Assembly: GCA_024626585.2 (NCBI GenBank)
Contig: JANKJI020000002.1
Span: forward strand, 91,129,786 to 91,155,643
DNA from: Ginkgo biloba
Lineage: Eukaryota > Plantae > Ginkgophyta
Length of the DNA stretch: 25,858 nucleotides
Reading direction: 5' to 3'
Made by a program: the position numbers and the translations under genes. Below, one piece after another: positions 22,896 through 25,858 of the stretch (position 1 is its first letter; each line of letters starts with the position of its first letter). The notes under the pieces were generated by a model that worked only from the letters and a program-made list of their open reading frames with translations, searched no databases and was not told where the DNA came from.

Positions 22896-25050
22896 AGAAC
22901 TACTTTGGTGGGAGTCTTTTTGTAACGCCATAGTTCAATATCCTCATGGGTGGATTTCTCGAAGGAGTTGAGGAAGAACTTTTATCTTATTGGATATGAG
23001 AATGAGCTATTCTTGAAGTGGATTCATCTCAGGCAAGAATAGGGATAAAGTCTAGAAGACTACTGTGAGCAGTATCAAGAGATGGTTATTCCTTTGNNNN
23101 NNNNNNNNNNNNNNNNNNNNNNNNNNNNNNNNNNNNNNNNNNNNNNNNNNNNNNNNNNNNNNNNNNNNNNNNNNNNNNNNNNNNNNNCCTTTATTGAGAC
23201 TCCAAGAAGCATATAGACTTGTTTCAAATATTGAATCCCAAAGGAAGGTTTCAACAATTGTATAAGGCAAGGCTAAGGCAAAGCCTAGTTTCACACCATC
23301 TACATCCAGTACTTCTTCGAAGGGAAGAAGCAGTCTACGTTTGATAGATCGAAAAAGTGTGGTCATTATGGGAAGGTAGGACACGAGGAAGTTGATTGTT
23401 CCAATCTTCATCCAGAGAAGGCACCATGATCTTTGTACCAGGGGAAGAAGAATTTGAAGGAGAAGAAATTGATCGATGTGATGATTACTTCAAACAAGTC
23501 AGATCCCACTTTAGTTCTTGTCAACACACAGAAGGCAAGAATAGATAGGGAGGGACTCTTCACCTTCAACATATAGGTTAAATAAAAGATATTATTAGCC
23601 ATTTTAAATAGCGATAGTCAGAAGAACTTCATCTCTCCTTCCATAGTGTAAGAATTGGGGCTAGCAGTGAAGGATCATCTAGATCCTTATGAGCTCAATA
23701 GGCAAAATCAAGAGTCCTTTGATAAACTCACTAACCAATGCACCTTCAAGTTTGGCATCACTGAGGATTTTGTGGATGAGATGACTTGTGACGTAGTACC
23801 CATGNNNNNNNNNNNNNNNNNNNNNNNNNNNNNNNNNNNNNNNNNNNNNNNNNNNNNNNNNNNNNNNNNNNNNNNNNNNNNNNNNNNNNNNNNNNNNNNN
23901 NNNNACTACTTTTTTCTTGCATGTCATTCTAACTAAATCTATCTCAACTACCAACTAAAACTGTCATTATTCCAATGGATTTCCCATGACATAGAGGAAT
24001 CACTATGTAGTTTTAGTCATTACAAATAACTTCAATAATATGGGAATTTTTCTTACTTTCTCAAAATATATTCATGTCCTAATGAATTTCAAGTTTTTAT
24101 TTTATCACATATGGACTCATTTTTTACTTCCCCATAGCATAGTGNNNNNNNNNNNNNNNNNNNNTTACTTGAGTGAATTTTGGAGATCTCTTTAGAGGAT
24201 GTTGAGGACCTCCTTATAGTATTTTACTACTTTTCATCAATAGATAGATGGTCAAGCGAAGGTGGTGAATCACACACTTATTCATACCTTAAGGATCTAT
24301 AAGAAGAGTAATCCCAAGAGTTGGGATATCTCTTTATTGTATATTCATCATGGATACAACCACACAATGCATTATTATCCATGCCACTTTCCTTTTGAAG
24401 TGTGCTAAGGGTTTCACCCTCTAATACCTTATGATATTCCACTTTTATTACAACATACTAAAATTAGGCGAGAGTATTTAGAGTAGGAATGCACATAGGA
24501 ATTCATTTAACACTTATAGTATCTTTATAAAAATATCTAGGATATACTTATAAAGACTTAAGCTAAGTAGAAGGATTTTATGGAAGGCATAGGGTAACAT
24601 GTAAATTTAATGTTGCATAAAAATTATGGATCCATTTGGATAATCAATGATTCTCCTCTTAACTTATTTATAACATAAAATAGATATGCTATGGACCATA
24701 TACCATTGTTAGAGATAGATCTTTGACCACACTTAGGCACTCATCTCATAATAAATACAGATAGTATCAAGTGATATGATCATCCATCCTTGGAGAATAA
24801 CATTGATTTGTTTATTATTGAGTAGTAGTTTGAGCATATTAAGGGATTCATACTATGTTTTAATCCATGTCTAACTGAAGTCACCCTCTTTAACAAAAAG
24901 GTAAGGGAGAATCACACCAACTCCATTACTTCCTACCTTATGGGAAATAAGGGTGAGCTTCCAACCTAGGCACAATGGTATTCCTTTAGGAAGATGGAGA
25001 GTATTTTTGTACACTTAGTCCAAAGCAGAATGGGGATAATTTCATCATAA
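22896..25050 (+). mobile_element. Degenerate Ty3/gypsy element: gag, zinc knuckle, protease, integrase (RT/RH not seen; gaps)
   Basis: LLWWES...ELRKNFY.IGYENELFLKWIHLRQ..SLEDY (gag); CGHYGKVGHEEVDC (knuckle); LAILNSDSQKNFIS...CDVVPM (protease); DGQAKVVNHTL...WD...YNHTMH...PFEV (integrase); GPYTIV. Confidence 0.85.
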
Positions 25051-25858
25051 GTAAGGACAAATTAATGTTCAATACATTAATTATTGCTTATATTTTATAC
25101 TTCACATCAATATTTTTTGTTTCTCACATTTATTTTTGTAAAATAATTACATAACNNNNNNNNNNNNNNNNNNNNNNNNNNNNNNNNNNNNNNNNTATCT
25201 GTGTGAGTTATATTATTTAGTATATTAGATACTTATAGAATTATATAGTTTATGATTGGTTGAAGGGTGCACACCATTTCATAACCACAAAATTATTTAG
25301 GGTTTCTTAATTAGTATATCACTATTATTAGAATAATAAATAAAACCATGTAGTAAGCATTGTATAAGATAAAATTTAATTTATTGATAATTGAAGGAGT
25401 TTTTAATTATCAAATTGATTTTTTTCTAAATTCTCATGTGCAATTAATTTTGATTTATGTGATTGTATTGAGTGTAAGATCTACATGGTACTTCAAGATA
25501 AATAAACATCCCAAGATTATGCTTCAATTCTTTTGTTCACAAATTATAAAGATTGTGGTTTGAAGGTTCCATACGTGCAACTAATATATTTTAGAATATT
25601 CCTTCAGGAGTGATGAGAAAATTTCTAAAGAGAACTTATGGTAAAGGTCAAGTCAAAGGTATAATATAAAGAGAGAAATGAAAAACTCACCTAGAAAAGG
25701 TGAAATATAGCCTATAACTAAACTTAAGAGAGGTTTATTATACCAAATTGATTCATTTCTAAGATTTAGATAGAATTTTTTTTTTAATAGAATAAAAGGG
25801 GTGTTGAAAGGTCCCCAAACCTTTTATTGATGTAATTTCTTGGTGTTGGAGGATTTGA

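Overview
AT-rich eukaryotic plant DNA from a gapped draft assembly with many N runs, several of them 100-N placeholders. The heavily decayed LTR retrotransposons suggest a large genome, possibly a gymnosperm, but that is an inference. Most of the window is degenerate, nested Ty3/gypsy and Ty1/copia sequence (about 1-5.0 kb and 15.9-25 kb). Between them is a ~5-kb gene-derived island (8.9-13.9 kb) with three parts. (1) A 3-ketoacyl-CoA synthase (KCS3/12/19-like) gene on the minus strand, disabled by a +1 frameshift and a TGG>TAG stop. (2) Head-to-head with it, a decayed MIKC-type MADS-box exon that the ORF track misses (11454-11640, +). (3) On the same strand 540 bp further on, a spliced Euonymus-type (EUL, ricin-B-like) lectin gene with clean open exons. 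It holds 1 and 1/3 exon sets: the first domain has only its last exon, and no start exon was found in the sequenced upstream region. No prokaryotic-type systems, CRISPR arrays or RNA genes were found.
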